Shown piece after piece: positions 50,861-61,003 of a stretch of 64,000 nt of DNA. Every line of letters begins with the position of its first letter. Position 1 is the first letter of the stretch. The DNA lies in the NCBI GenBank assembly GCA_964637105.1, contig CAZWVY010000003.1:373-64372 (forward strand), given 5' to 3'. A program made the translations under genes and the position numbers. The stretch comes from an uncultured Sangeribacter sp. (GTDB taxonomy: Bacteria; Bacteroidota; Bacteroidia; Bacteroidales; Muribaculaceae). The notes beneath the pieces were generated by a model. The model saw only the letters and a program-made list of their open reading frames with translations. It had not been told where the DNA came from and made no database searches.

Positions 50861-51235
50861 AGAAGTGGCGGAGGCGCAGCAGTGGCGGAGGCTTTCTTGC
50901 CTCCGCGTGCAGGAGTGGAGTGGATGGTGATGCAGACCTGTAAGTTCCTGCGGGTCTCTGACCCGCAGTTCCAATAAACACCCTCAGAGGATGATGAAGT
51001 CGTGCGCTGAGAATTAGGGCTGCGGGTCAGAGACCCGCAGGAACTTACAGTACGGCGACACCATCAGGGAAATATTAAGGAGGCTGGAAGCCTCCTCTAC
51101 TTTTGCGGAGGCTGGAAGCCTCCTCTACTTTTGCGGAGGCTGGAAGCCTCCTCTACTTTTGCGGAGGCTGGAAAGCCTCCTCTACTTTTGCGGAGGCTGG
51201 AAAGCCTCCGCCACTGTTGCGCCTCCGCCACTTCT
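50861..51235. repeat. Nested REP/REPIN-like composite element (375 bp)
   Basis: Outer 36-bp IR (50861-50896 / 51200-51235, 35/36 match); inner perfect 31-bp IR (50938-50968 / 51020-51050); 28-29 bp tandem array from 51079. Confidence 0.9.
51079..51209. repeat. Tandem array GGAGGCTGG(A)AAGCCTCCTCTACTTTTGC, 4 units plus a partial
   Basis: Units at 51079, 51107 and 51135 (28 bp), 51163 (29 bp), and a partial at 51192. Confidence 0.95.
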
Positions 51236-51249
51236 TGCTTCCGCCGGTG

Positions 51250-52128
51250 TTACAGCTGGGTGTAGGGGATGTCCCAGGTGGACCAGGCCGTCGGGTCGCC
51301 GCTCTGGATGCCCCGCTTGAACCAGGTGACGCGCTGCGCGCTGCGGCCATGGTTGAAGCTCTCCGGCATCTCCCTCCCGTAGGCTTTCTTCTGCAGGTAG
51401 TCGTCGCCTATCTTGGAGGCGGCATTCAGGGCGTTCTCTATGTCACCCGGCTCGATGCTGCCAAACATTTCGTTGTCGTTATATCCCCACACTCCCGCCA
51501 GGTAATCGGCCTGCAACTCTATGCGGACACTCACTTTGTTGGCCTCCGTCTCACTCATCTTCGCCATCTGTCCGTGCGCTTCGGAGAGTATTCCCAACTG
51601 ATCCTGCACATGATGCCCGACTTCGTGGGCTATGACGTATGCATATGTGAAATCACCGTCGGCCCCTATGTCGCGCCGCATGTTCTTGAAGAAGTCAAGG
51701 TCGAGATATATCGTCTTGTCGGCCGAGCAGTAGAAGGGGCCGGTCTGAGCCGTGCCGTGGCCGCAACCGGTCTGGATGCTCCCACGGTATATGACCATCT
51801 TGGGGGGCGTATATGTCCCCCACCCCTGCCGCTTGAACTCGCGCGTCCACACATCTTCGGTGCCGGCAAGCACTTTGGAGGCAAGGTCGAACAGACGCTG
51901 CTCCTCCGGGGAATCAGCCTCGGGTGCGGAGGTCTGCTCGGTGAGGCCGGTCAACTGGCCGGAGCCGATGACATTGCTCACCACATCCCCGATGCTTCCG
52001 CCGGAAAGCAGTGTGAAGATGGCTCCGATCACTACGGCGAGGATGCCCCCGCCTACTCCAACTGCGCGGCCCGACACGTGGCGCCGGTCGCTGACATTGC
52101 TGCTGGTTCGTCTTCCGTCAAGTCTCAT
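51250..52128 (-). CDS. Neutral zinc metallopeptidase (YpfJ family)
   Basis: Motifs SSNVSDRR, GPFYCSAD, YVIAHEVGHHVQ, ELQADYLAG and HGRSAQR. Confidence 0.92.
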   Translation of the reverse strand: MRLDGRRTSSNVSDRRHVSGRAVGVGGGILAVVIGAIFTLLSGGSIGDVVSNVIGSGQLTGLTEQTSAPEADSPEEQRLFDLASKVLAGTEDVWTREFKRQGWGTYTPPKMVIYRGSIQTGCGHGTAQTGPFYCSADKTIYLDLDFFKNMRRDIGADGDFTYAYVIAHEVGHHVQDQLGILSEAHGQMAKMSETEANKVSVRIELQADYLAGVWGYNDNEMFGSIEPGDIENALNAASKIGDDYLQKKAYGREMPESFNHGRSAQRVTWFKRGIQSGDPTAWSTWDIPYTQL

Positions 52129-52208
52129 AATATATGTGGTTCGTCAAAGGTTAAACGGTGGTTATGCTTCCTCCCTCAGGCTGCCGCGGAGTGCGGCCGA
52201 CGTGTGAG

Positions 52209-55200
52209 TCATCGCGCCAGCGACATCTGGACTGATATGCCGAAATCGGTGTTGCTCGTCGGATAGGAGTTGTTCGACACCAGGGGATTGTTGGTCTGGT
52301 GATCGAAGTAGGCTCCGATGGTCAGGCGCTTGCTCAGCTGATAGTTGGCCATGAAGTTGACCGAGAAGGTCTGCGTTCCCTGAGTGGCCTGCGTGTAGGC
52401 GGTCTCAATGCGGCGGATGAGCGTGGCATTGTTGGCAAACGACAGGTCAAGGTTGAGCGACAGGTCATTGCTCACGCTCCCCTGCTTCGACCCGATCTTG
52501 AGTATCTTGGCGAAGTTGGCAATCTTGAATCCGGCGCCGATGGTGAGCTGGCGTGTGCCGGTCTCCACCACCTGTCCTGCGGCAGAGTTGAGGTTGAGGG
52601 TGCGTGCGTCGTTGTATTCGGCCTTAACTGACAAGTCATTCTTGAAGGTCATGTTGACTCCGAGCAGCGGTCCGAACTTCTCCGTGATGGCCACGCTCGA
52701 GACGTTGTAGGGCGATGACGGTATGGGAGCCTGCGAGAGCTCGTCGAATGTGAAGCCGAGGTTGCCACCTATGCCTACCCAGTTGAGATAGCTGCCGTAG
52801 GACCCGATGCTGTATGTGCACTGGTATGCATGGCTGAGGGTGAAGGATTTGAAGATGTTCTTCATGTTTCCTACCTGCAGGAGGCCGTCGTAGGTCACCT
52901 TCCAGTTGGGGAGCATTGAGGCTATGCCGGGGAAGAGGTCCAGGGTGATGCGGTCGGGATTCTGGCCGCTGTATGCGGCGATGAATGCCGGGATGAGCAC
53001 ATCCGAAGAGGTCGGGCTGACGCTTCCAACCTCCGGATTATAGGTGGTGCCTCCGAGGGGATTGTCCTCCATGAAGCCGGAGGTCGGGTATGACGTGCCC
53101 CGGTAGAGCTGTTCATAGCGGGCCGATACCTTCGGGATATACTCGAGGAACCGGTCGAAGGCGTCAGACTGATAGCCGTTGTCGGCCTTGCTGCTGCGCA
53201 GGGCCGTGGCGATGGCCACATGCGTGCGGGTATAGTTGCCGCTGCGGGCCGTAGGCATGCCGGCAAACATGAACTGCACCTGGCGGGTGCGGTTGTCCGT
53301 CAGATTGTCGGTCAGCGTGATCTTGAGTCCGCGGATAGGCTCGAGGGTAAGCTCGAAATGGAACTCGCTTCCCTGGTTCCACACGGCCGGGGAGGTCTGC
53401 TCGGGATTGGTCAGGAGCCAGCCGCGGTCAAGGGCCTGCTGCACATAGCTCTCGTCATAGAATCCGAAGGCAAACCCGAGGCCCGGGGCCATGGGGCCGT
53501 ACTTGGTCGACTGGCCGAAGATGTCGCCGATATTGGGCGAGAACTGCGGCAGGGTCAGCGAGTGGGACGAGCGCCAGCGGAAGGAGAGGTTGCGAGGGCT
53601 CATGAGCAGGCGCAGGCTGTAATCCCGCATTTCGTGCAGGATATTCTTCTTTTCCTTCTTTTCAGCCTCGCGCACGGTCACAGATACCGAGTGGCTGCCG
53701 CGCGTCAGGATTTCGATGGTGTTCTCATCCACTACCCTGGTCTCGAGTTTGAAGGGATTGCCGCCGTTGGTGGCGGTGATTTTGACATCCTTGTTCTTCA
53801 TGTTGTGCTTGACCAGCGTGGTGGTGTCGGGAGAAAGATTGATGACCCTCACATATTTCTTGGGCTTCTGTCCTTTCCCCTTGCCGGAGCTCGAGCGGTT
53901 TCCTCCGCGATTGCCCGATGAGGCGAAACGGCTGTTGATATCCTTGAGCAGCTTCGACTTATTGAAGAGGCCCTCGAAGTTGAAACGGGCATCGGCATTC
54001 CAGGTAGACTGGTTGCTGATTGAGTTGCCCAGATAGAGGTCATCCACGGTGGTGCCGCGGTCCCAGGCGTATGTAGAGGTATATGTGACGGACCCCTGCA
54101 GGAAGTCCATGAAGGGTATCTTGTTGAAAGGAGCGCGGTAGGAACCGGTGAAGGTCTGGTTGTAGTTCCAAGGAGTGCCGAAGCCCTTGATGCTGCTCCA
54201 TACTGTATCTTTCCAGTCGCGGTATTGGTCCGGGAAGAGCTTCTTGTTGACCGCTCCTACAGTCTCCTCGATACGCGCCGTGGTGTTAGAGGAGAAGCTC
54301 AGCGAGAGCGACTGGATGAGATTCCAGGTGATGGACATCTGGCGGTTCCAGAGGAAGTTCTTGCTGACCTGCACGGGGAGCTCCACATCGACATCCACTT
54401 CGTTGCGGCTCTGCTGCTCGTAGTAATGGCGGTTCATCGAGGTGAAGAGGGTGAGGTTGTTGAAGAGCCAGTTGATCTGCCAGTCTTTGAGAAACTGCAC
54501 GAACTTCGACTTGGAGTCGCCCCCTATCTTGCTGAAGGGCTTCCAGGGCTTGATCATCGGCGAATAGCTGTATTGCAGCGAGCCTCGGTAATCGCTCGTG
54601 TTCTCGTAAGCAGTCGTGGGGTCAACGTCCCTCTGCTTGGCAAAGGAGAAGGCGGCCTGGAAGTTAGCGGGATCCCAGGGCATCGGAGTCTTGCTCTGAA
54701 CGTTGAAACGGAGGTTGGAGATGGAGAAGTTTTCCGTGACGCGGCGCGTCATGGCATAGTTGTTGATAGAGTCGCGCTCCTGCTTGGTGGCGGCGGCGTC
54801 GAGGGCATCCTTGAGCAGCACATCCTGGTCGAGAGGGTTGTATTTCGGTGTTGTGGTCTCCTGCGAGCGCGAATAATAGATAGGAGCCGCGAGCTTGGCC
54901 TTCTCGGGCATGATTTTGCCCAAGTCGCCCTGCACGGCCACGTTATAGAGGTCATAGGTCTCCATGCGCCGCGAGGCGAGGCTCTGGTCTACGCCTCCGA
55001 AGCCGTCCGACTCGTGATGGAAGTTGAAATTCACACTCGCCACATCGGAGAGCGACAGATTGGCGGTGCCTTTGGCTGCCCAGCCGCCGCTCTGGTTGAA
55101 GTCTGTCACCTTGAGTTCATTGACCCAGATGGTGCCATCCTTGACGGACGCCGACTTGTTGCGCACGCCTATGAGCATGGTGCGCACATCGCTCAGCGAG

Positions 55201-58200
55201 GGGTTGCCGAGCACCGATACCGTGTTGCGGGCATTGTCGGGGTCGAGCATGGAGAAGAGTGTGGTGTACCCTATTCCGGGCTCGCCGAGCCCTTTGCGGT
55301 GGTTGCGCTCGGTCTTGACCTTCGTGAAGACATCGAAGGGGACATTCATGAAGTTGGAGATGGGCCACACCATAGCTCTGTCGGCCGAACTGAAGTTATT
55401 GTAGTTGCCAGCCGGAGTCAGCTCCAGGGGAATCTCATACTCATAATAGTTGTTTTTGACATCGCTGCCGAGGCGCACGAAGAGGGCCAAGTCGCCATTC
55501 TTAAGGTCAGTGATATTGTCTATCAGAGCCTCGGCGTGCACCCACATCTGCATGCGGCGGTAGATGCGCAGGTCAAGCTGCGTGTTCTTGTATATGCCGC
55601 GCGCGTCACCGGGCTGCAGTCCGGTGACCTTCAGGGAGAGCGACTGCTCGTTGAGCTGCGTGGCCTGCGACTGGCCGGGGTCCTGCACGCGGGTCACGCC
55701 GGGAGGGAGCACGTAGTTGACGGGCGTGCGGGTGCCATTCTCCTCAATGTTGACCACCGACATATCCAGCTCACCCTCTGCGGGCGAGTCGTTGCGGCTG
55801 TTGAGGTTGAAGGCATAGTCGCGCCATTCGCCGCGCACCAGCTCGAGGGTGGCGAAGCGGAGATGGGTGGGCTTTTGGAATCCGGTCATGAACATGCGGG
55901 CGAAGCGCACGGTAGAGAAATCGTTGATGTCGCCGACCACTCGGTCAGGGCTGCTCAAAGGTATCTTGAACTGATACCACACCACGCGGGTGCGTCCCTC
56001 GCGGGTGGGCTGCTCAGACTCCTGGATGTCGGTTATGTAGTTGCGGCCGACCACGAGGTCCTCGGGACGGATCGACACCTTATACTCGAAATAGCGCTCA
56101 TACTCGTTGAGCGTGTTGTCCTGGTTGATGTCCTCGACATCGGGGGTGGAGCGCGATGACTGGTACTGAGTGTTGTCGCTCTGGTCAGGCGACAGGGAGT
56201 TGCCCTCCACGCCGTTATAGCGTTTGTAGCGGTCCAGGATGCCGGCGCGGATATTGTCGTAGTAATCCGAGCGGTAGAAATGGTAGTTGTCGCCCGCGGG
56301 GTCGTTCATGGGCGAGAAGGGATCCTCCTGCATGGACGCGATGGTTGTGGCCGGAAGACGCTGGCGCAGAGCCTCAACATACTCGCCGTAGGAGGGGAAG
56401 GAATACTCGGCGTCATTGGGGAGGCCGTCGAGGCCCACGTCCTGGCGGGGGCGGGCGTTGGCTGAATTCTCGAAGGCGTAGGTGAGCGAGTTCTGGCGCG
56501 ACACGCGGCCCCAGGCCGTCTCGGTCATGAACTCCTCGTTACCGTCGATAGGTATGCCGTTCTCGTAGCTCTTCATGCCATCCTTGAGGATGTCCTCACT
56601 GATTTCGCCGAAGTTGAAATAGAGGTCTCCCCCTTCATAGTTCGGATTCTCCTCATCCAGGAAGGGGTCGAGCAGCCAGAACTGCAGGTACTCCACGTTG
56701 GAGGCCTCGAAGTTCGTGTTGTCCATCTTGCGCATGATGCCTCCCCAGCGCTTCTCGGGATGCAGCAGGGCGCCATCCTGGTCGATGTCGGTGACGTCCA
56801 GGTTGTAAGGGCCGCGCTCAGTCGGGTAGAAACTGAGGTTGAGCGTCTGGATATAATTCGCCTCGCCGTAATTGAGGTCGCGGGCCGGGAAAATCTCGTT
56901 GACCGTCACCTCGCGTATATAGGGATTGGAGAGCTGGTGAAGGTCATTTTTGAGATAGCCGGGTATGGATGAGGAATTCTTCTGTGTGAAGATGCGGTCG
57001 ATGTAGTTCCAGGCAAGCAGGGCGCGGTTTTTGCCGTAATCCACATTGTTTGACAGCTGGGCCTCGGGGAAGAGCGCTGAGGCGCTGTTGTCCCACGGGG
57101 TGGAGGCGAGCTGCCAGCTGTAAGGCGACCGCAGGTCGATGGCCGTCTGCGTGCTCTCGAAGTCATCTATATAGCTCGAGCCGGATGCTGAGCCGCTCTT
57201 CTGGCCGTGCGGCACGAGCTGGGCAAACTCGGCATTGAGATTGAACGTCGAGGGGGCCGTGGCATTGATGGTCGGCACCTTGGCCAGAAGGTTGGTGAGC
57301 CACATGAAGGATTTGTTGTAGCTCAGGTTGACACCGAACATCGAGTTATTGATCACCTCATCGCCGATGTTCACCTTCTCCGTGAGCGATTTCTCGGAGA
57401 AGTGCAGCAGCGAGGCGCCGAGTGTGAAGTCTTTATTGAAGCGGTACTGGGCATCCAGGCCGAGCAGGGTCTTGCGCTGCATGGAGAACATTGACTGGTT
57501 CTCAAGCGAGACGCTGACGTTGGTGCCCGAGTCGATGATGCTCTGGTTGGTGATGGTGACTATGCCCATGGTGTAGTCCACGGTATAGTCGCTGTTCTCC
57601 TGGAGCACGACGCCTCCGGCCATTACCCGCACGGAGCCTCGAGGCACGTTCATGGCGTTGAGGCGGATCTGGCTTCCCTTTGACGACTGGAACTCGCCGA
57701 CGAGCGAGAACTTGTTCTTGTCGGCAAACTGGCGCGCTACGACAAGCGTGGAGTCATACAGCTCCTTATATACGTAGGGGGCGGCAAGATCTTTATTGCC
57801 TATGCGCCTCTCGAGGTTGGAGCCGAAGGGCTCGGCCACAGGGAATATGATGCGGCCCGTGGCAGACTGGACGGTGTATCCCTCGATATAGTCGAAAAAA
57901 CCGTCGGCGTTTGACTCGCCGTTGGAGTCGATGCGGTCAGCGTTCATCACCTGAAGCAGGGGCACGTTGGCTATGTCGCCGACCTGAATGTATGACACTT
58001 CGGTTCCCGTCGTGTCAGACAGGAACTTTACGTTGAGCTTGAAGTTCTGCTTCTGGAGCTGGGTGGCGTTGAGGTTGTAGACGTTCTTCATCATCAGCTT
58101 CCACATCGGGAGCTTGGGAGAGACGGTCGTGCCGCGCAGCATCTTGAGGTAAAGCGACTGGTCAGTGGAGGTGACATCGCCGGAGAACTCGCCGACCTGA

Positions 58201-59693
58201 TAGACCTTTCCCTGCCAGGTGTATTCGTAGGCCACAGCCAACACCTCGTCCGTGCGCAGGGCCTGCTTGAGGGAGATGTAGCCGAGCGTGGAGTTGAGGG
58301 TGTATTCGCTCTTGGTGAGCAGGCGCGCGCTCTCCACCTTCTCGAAGTCGCGGCCTCCGCGTATGCCGTAGGCCTGGAGAGGCTCGAGAGCCTGCGTCAC
58401 CTTATTTATGTTTCGCGCCTCGGGATACTCATTCTTTATGACCGTGAGCAGGTCGTTGCTGTTGTTTGAAGGGACCGGTATGGAGGTGTCGGGAATCCAG
58501 TAGTCGGTGGCCAGGCGCGTCTGCTCGCCGAGGTCCATGAAGGCCACGAAGTTGCGGCTCTCCTGGTAGTTGTTGCTCTTATTGGTCACCCACACCTCGA
58601 TGCGCGTGATGTTGATGCCCGAAGAGACATGCGGCAGGCGCGAGGCAAACTGGTCATAGTTGTCGTAGAAGTATTGGCCGAGGAAGAAGTGGCGGTTGTC
58701 GTCATAGTCATCGGCCTTGATGGTGAAGGGAGACTTCTGTATGCCGCCGGTGGTGTTGATGGTCTTCGACTCGCTGTTCTGCTGGCTGATGAGGCCCGTA
58801 AGGGTCAGCTTGCCAAACTGCAGCTTGGTCTTCACGCCGAAGAGGGCCGTGCCTCCGCGTATCAGGCTCGACCCGGTGGTCATGGAGACGTTGCCCGCCT
58901 CGAGCGACTTGATAATCTCGTCCTCCTTGCCCTCATAGCCGAGCTTGATGTTCTTCGAGTCGAAGTCGAAAGTAGCGTCGGTGTTGTAGGTCATGTTGAA
59001 CTTCAGCTTGTCGCCGACAGAGGCGGCCACCGTGGCCTGTATCTTCTGGTCGAGATCGAAGAAGGTCTTGCGGCGCGAACGCAGCGAGAGCGAGGGATTG
59101 TCAGTCTTGTTGCTCTTGATGCCCATCTTGATCTGGGCGGTTCCCTGTGTGGTAAGGCGCACGCCTCCCGGGCCGAACACCTTCTCCAGGGGGCCGAGAG
59201 CGAAGTTCATGTCGAGGATGTCAAACGGCTGCTTACCCTTGTCGGCCACTGCTGCGGCATTCTGCTCGCGGAAGTATTGGTAGAGGTCGCGGCGGTTCTG
59301 CATCTCATGATACTCGTCAGCCTTCATCATGAAGGGGGTGACAAGCTCAGTCTGCCCGAGGCGCGTGCGTATGACATACATGCCCGTCTCGGGATCGTAG
59401 GTCGCCTCGGTCTTGATGTTCTCGGGAGTGGTCAGGTCAGCCACATACTCGCGGTCCATATACTCCTCCATGTTGAGGGGCAGAGTAGTCTGCACCGGCG
59501 AGGGGAGTATCACGCTGTCGGGTATCTCGGTGCCCGGCAGGTATTCCGACTCCGCAGGAGGCGGCGGTGGAGGCGGGGGTATCGATGGGGCTTTCTGGTA
59601 TTGAGAGAAAGTCAGCAAAGTGCCCGACAGCGCCATGACAGGCGTTGCCAGCATCAGCGCGGCGTTGCGGATTTTCCTTAATACGTTCTTCAA
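52209..59693 (-). CDS. sprA: Type IX secretion system translocon SprA (Sov)
   Basis: 2494-aa outer-membrane protein with YNTDATFDF, KRWGGIMR, EDINQDNTLNEYERY, HLRFATLELVRGEWR, IWVNELK and PNWKVTYDGL; located directly after ruvA. Confidence 0.95.
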   Translation of the reverse strand: MKNVLRKIRNAALMLATPVMALSGTLLTFSQYQKAPSIPPPPPPPPAESEYLPGTEIPDSVILPSPVQTTLPLNMEEYMDREYVADLTTPENIKTEATYDPETGMYVIRTRLGQTELVTPFMMKADEYHEMQNRRDLYQYFREQNAAAVADKGKQPFDILDMNFALGPLEKVFGPGGVRLTTQGTAQIKMGIKSNKTDNPSLSLRSRRKTFFDLDQKIQATVAASVGDKLKFNMTYNTDATFDFDSKNIKLGYEGKEDEIIKSLEAGNVSMTTGSSLIRGGTALFGVKTKLQFGKLTLTGLISQQNSESKTINTTGGIQKSPFTIKADDYDDNRHFFLGQYFYDNYDQFASRLPHVSSGINITRIEVWVTNKSNNYQESRNFVAFMDLGEQTRLATDYWIPDTSIPVPSNNSNDLLTVIKNEYPEARNINKVTQALEPLQAYGIRGGRDFEKVESARLLTKSEYTLNSTLGYISLKQALRTDEVLAVAYEYTWQGKVYQVGEFSGDVTSTDQSLYLKMLRGTTVSPKLPMWKLMMKNVYNLNATQLQKQNFKLNVKFLSDTTGTEVSYIQVGDIANVPLLQVMNADRIDSNGESNADGFFDYIEGYTVQSATGRIIFPVAEPFGSNLERRIGNKDLAAPYVYKELYDSTLVVARQFADKNKFSLVGEFQSSKGSQIRLNAMNVPRGSVRVMAGGVVLQENSDYTVDYTMGIVTITNQSIIDSGTNVSVSLENQSMFSMQRKTLLGLDAQYRFNKDFTLGASLLHFSEKSLTEKVNIGDEVINNSMFGVNLSYNKSFMWLTNLLAKVPTINATAPSTFNLNAEFAQLVPHGQKSGSASGSSYIDDFESTQTAIDLRSPYSWQLASTPWDNSASALFPEAQLSNNVDYGKNRALLAWNYIDRIFTQKNSSSIPGYLKNDLHQLSNPYIREVTVNEIFPARDLNYGEANYIQTLNLSFYPTERGPYNLDVTDIDQDGALLHPEKRWGGIMRKMDNTNFEASNVEYLQFWLLDPFLDEENPNYEGGDLYFNFGEISEDILKDGMKSYENGIPIDGNEEFMTETAWGRVSRQNSLTYAFENSANARPRQDVGLDGLPNDAEYSFPSYGEYVEALRQRLPATTIASMQEDPFSPMNDPAGDNYHFYRSDYYDNIRAGILDRYKRYNGVEGNSLSPDQSDNTQYQSSRSTPDVEDINQDNTLNEYERYFEYKVSIRPEDLVVGRNYITDIQESEQPTREGRTRVVWYQFKIPLSSPDRVVGDINDFSTVRFARMFMTGFQKPTHLRFATLELVRGEWRDYAFNLNSRNDSPAEGELDMSVVNIEENGTRTPVNYVLPPGVTRVQDPGQSQATQLNEQSLSLKVTGLQPGDARGIYKNTQLDLRIYRRMQMWVHAEALIDNITDLKNGDLALFVRLGSDVKNNYYEYEIPLELTPAGNYNNFSSADRAMVWPISNFMNVPFDVFTKVKTERNHRKGLGEPGIGYTTLFSMLDPDNARNTVSVLGNPSLSDVRTMLIGVRNKSASVKDGTIWVNELKVTDFNQSGGWAAKGTANLSLSDVASVNFNFHHESDGFGGVDQSLASRRMETYDLYNVAVQGDLGKIMPEKAKLAAPIYYSRSQETTTPKYNPLDQDVLLKDALDAAATKQERDSINNYAMTRRVTENFSISNLRFNVQSKTPMPWDPANFQAAFSFAKQRDVDPTTAYENTSDYRGSLQYSYSPMIKPWKPFSKIGGDSKSKFVQFLKDWQINWLFNNLTLFTSMNRHYYEQQSRNEVDVDVELPVQVSKNFLWNRQMSITWNLIQSLSLSFSSNTTARIEETVGAVNKKLFPDQYRDWKDTVWSSIKGFGTPWNYNQTFTGSYRAPFNKIPFMDFLQGSVTYTSTYAWDRGTTVDDLYLGNSISNQSTWNADARFNFEGLFNKSKLLKDINSRFASSGNRGGNRSSSGKGKGQKPKKYVRVINLSPDTTTLVKHNMKNKDVKITATNGGNPFKLETRVVDENTIEILTRGSHSVSVTVREAEKKEKKNILHEMRDYSLRLLMSPRNLSFRWRSSHSLTLPQFSPNIGDIFGQSTKYGPMAPGLGFAFGFYDESYVQQALDRGWLLTNPEQTSPAVWNQGSEFHFELTLEPIRGLKITLTDNLTDNRTRQVQFMFAGMPTARSGNYTRTHVAIATALRSSKADNGYQSDAFDRFLEYIPKVSARYEQLYRGTSYPTSGFMEDNPLGGTTYNPEVGSVSPTSSDVLIPAFIAAYSGQNPDRITLDLFPGIASMLPNWKVTYDGLLQVGNMKNIFKSFTLSHAYQCTYSIGSYGSYLNWVGIGGNLGFTFDELSQAPIPSSPYNVSSVAITEKFGPLLGVNMTFKNDLSVKAEYNDARTLNLNSAAGQVVETGTRQLTIGAGFKIANFAKILKIGSKQGSVSNDLSLNLDLSFANNATLIRRIETAYTQATQGTQTFSVNFMANYQLSKRLTIGAYFDHQTNNPLVSNNSYPTSNTDFGISVQMSLAR

Positions 59694-59724
59694 GTCAGTC
59701 AGTTAAAATACACTCAAGAAACAC

Positions 59725-60312
59725 TCAAAGCATTTTGAGGGCCTTGCGCACAGCCACCTCGGTGGAGAGTCCCGGCTCGGCCTGGAAGAGTTTCTTCAGC
59801 ACGGCGCGGCTCTGCGGCTGAGGGAAGCCTAAGACCACCAGAGCCGACACGGCATCGGCGAAGGCTCCGGCGAGCGCAGGCTCACTTGAAGTTAACGAGG
59901 AGACATCCACTTTTATTTTATCCTTGAGGTCTATGATGATGCGCTGGGCCGTCTTGGCCCCAATCCCCTTGACCTGCTTGAGCAGGCCGACATTCTCCTC
60001 GGCTATCACCCCTTCGAGCTGGTCAGGGGTGAGCGAGGAGAGGATGAGCCGGCCCGTGCCCGGCCCGACGCCGCTCACGCCGATGAGCAGGCGGAACAGC
60101 TCCCGCGCGCGCTTGGTCAGGAATCCGTACAGGTCATGGGCATCCTCGCGGATCACCTCGTGGATGTAGAGACGCACCGTCTGCGCCCCCTTCGACTGAA
60201 GGGCGCTGTAGTCGGTGAGCGTTATGTTGATCTCATATCCCAGTCCCGCGCAGTCTATGACAGCCGAGGCCGGATTCAGTTCGGCCAGGGGGCCGGAAAT
60301 GTAATCTATCAT
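59725..60312 (-). CDS. ruvA: Holliday junction branch migration protein RuvA
   Basis: Motifs [20 protein letters not shown] and [11 protein letters not shown]. Confidence 0.96.
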   Translation of the reverse strand: MIDYISGPLAELNPASAVIDCAGLGYEINITLTDYSALQSKGAQTVRLYIHEVIREDAHDLYGFLTKRARELFRLLIGVSGVGPGTGRLILSSLTPDQLEGVIAEENVGLLKQVKGIGAKTAQRIIIDLKDKIKVDVSSLTSSEPALAGAFADAVSALVVLGFPQPQSRAVLKKLFQAEPGLSTEVAVRKALKML

Positions 60313-60367
60313 GCCAAGTTAACCGATTTCCTTCAAAGAAATTGCCCCGGAATCCAAAAAATTTGAC

Positions 60368-60375
60368 TAAATTTG
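60368..60375 (+). promoter_or_regulatory. -7 element directly before the recR ATG
   Basis: TAAATTTG; the ATG begins 5 nt after the final G. Confidence 0.6.
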
Positions 60376-60379
60376 CATC

Positions 60380-61003
60380 ATGAACCAGACCTTCAATTCT
60401 CGCTTGCTCGACACTGCGGTCGCCGAACTCTCCAAACTCCCCGGCATCGGACGCAAGACCGCCCTCCGCCTCGCCCTCCACCTGCTGAGGCGCGATCCAG
60501 AGGAGGCCGAGGCTTTAGGACATGCAATCATTGACATGCGCTCCAATATATGCTACTGCTCACGCTGCCATAACATCAGCGAGAGTCCCGTCTGCGCCAT
60601 CTGCTCGGATTCATCGCGCGATGCCTCCACGGTCTGCGTGGTGGAGAATGTCAAGGATGTCATTACCGTGGAGGCCACTCGCGAGCACCGCGGCCTCTAT
60701 CATGTCTTAGGGGGCGTGATTTCTCCTCTCGACGGAGTGTCACCCTCTGACCTGGAGATTGATTCCCTGGTCAAGAGGGTCAGGAATGAGGGCATCAGAG
60801 AGGTGATATTAGCCTTGAGCCCTACCATGGAGGGGGATACCACCAATTACTATATCTTCCGCAAACTCGCCCCGCTGGATGTCGAGATCACTATCCTGGC
60901 ACGCGGCGTGAGCATTGGCAATGAGCTGGAATACACTGACGAGCTGACTTTAGGGCGCTCAATCCTCAACCGCATCCCTTTCCGCGACACCTTCAGCAGC
61001 TGA
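60380..61003 (+). CDS. recR: Recombination mediator RecR
   Basis: [10 protein letters not shown], a C4 zinc finger (CSRC..CAIC), YHVLGG and TMEGDTT. Confidence 0.97.
   Translation: MNQTFNSRLLDTAVAELSKLPGIGRKTALRLALHLLRRDPEEAEALGHAIIDMRSNICYCSRCHNISESPVCAICSDSSRDASTVCVVENVKDVITVEATREHRGLYHVLGGVISPLDGVSPSDLEIDSLVKRVRNEGIREVILALSPTMEGDTTNYYIFRKLAPLDVEITILARGVSIGNELEYTDELTLGRSILNRIPFRDTFSS

Noticed and set aside
51079-51209. 28-bp repeats as a CRISPR array
   Set aside because: The units are directly adjacent with no unique spacers, and there are no cas genes in the window.
51103-52266. 387-aa + strand ORF beginning in the repeat array
   Set aside because: The N-terminus is just the translated repeat (EASSTFAEAG) and the rest is antisense to the peptidase gene.
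54225-56159. 644-aa + strand ORF, and other long antisense ORFs (15362-16459, 16614-17546, 18861-19826, 29150-30103, 58629-59681)
   Set aside because: They lie opposite well-supported GC-rich genes and have no recognisable motifs, which is typical of codon-bias shadow ORFs.
59560-59585. Poly-proline run near the SprA N-terminus
   Set aside because: The codons are mixed and it lies in a likely flexible linker; it is not a slippage tract and does not affect the frame.
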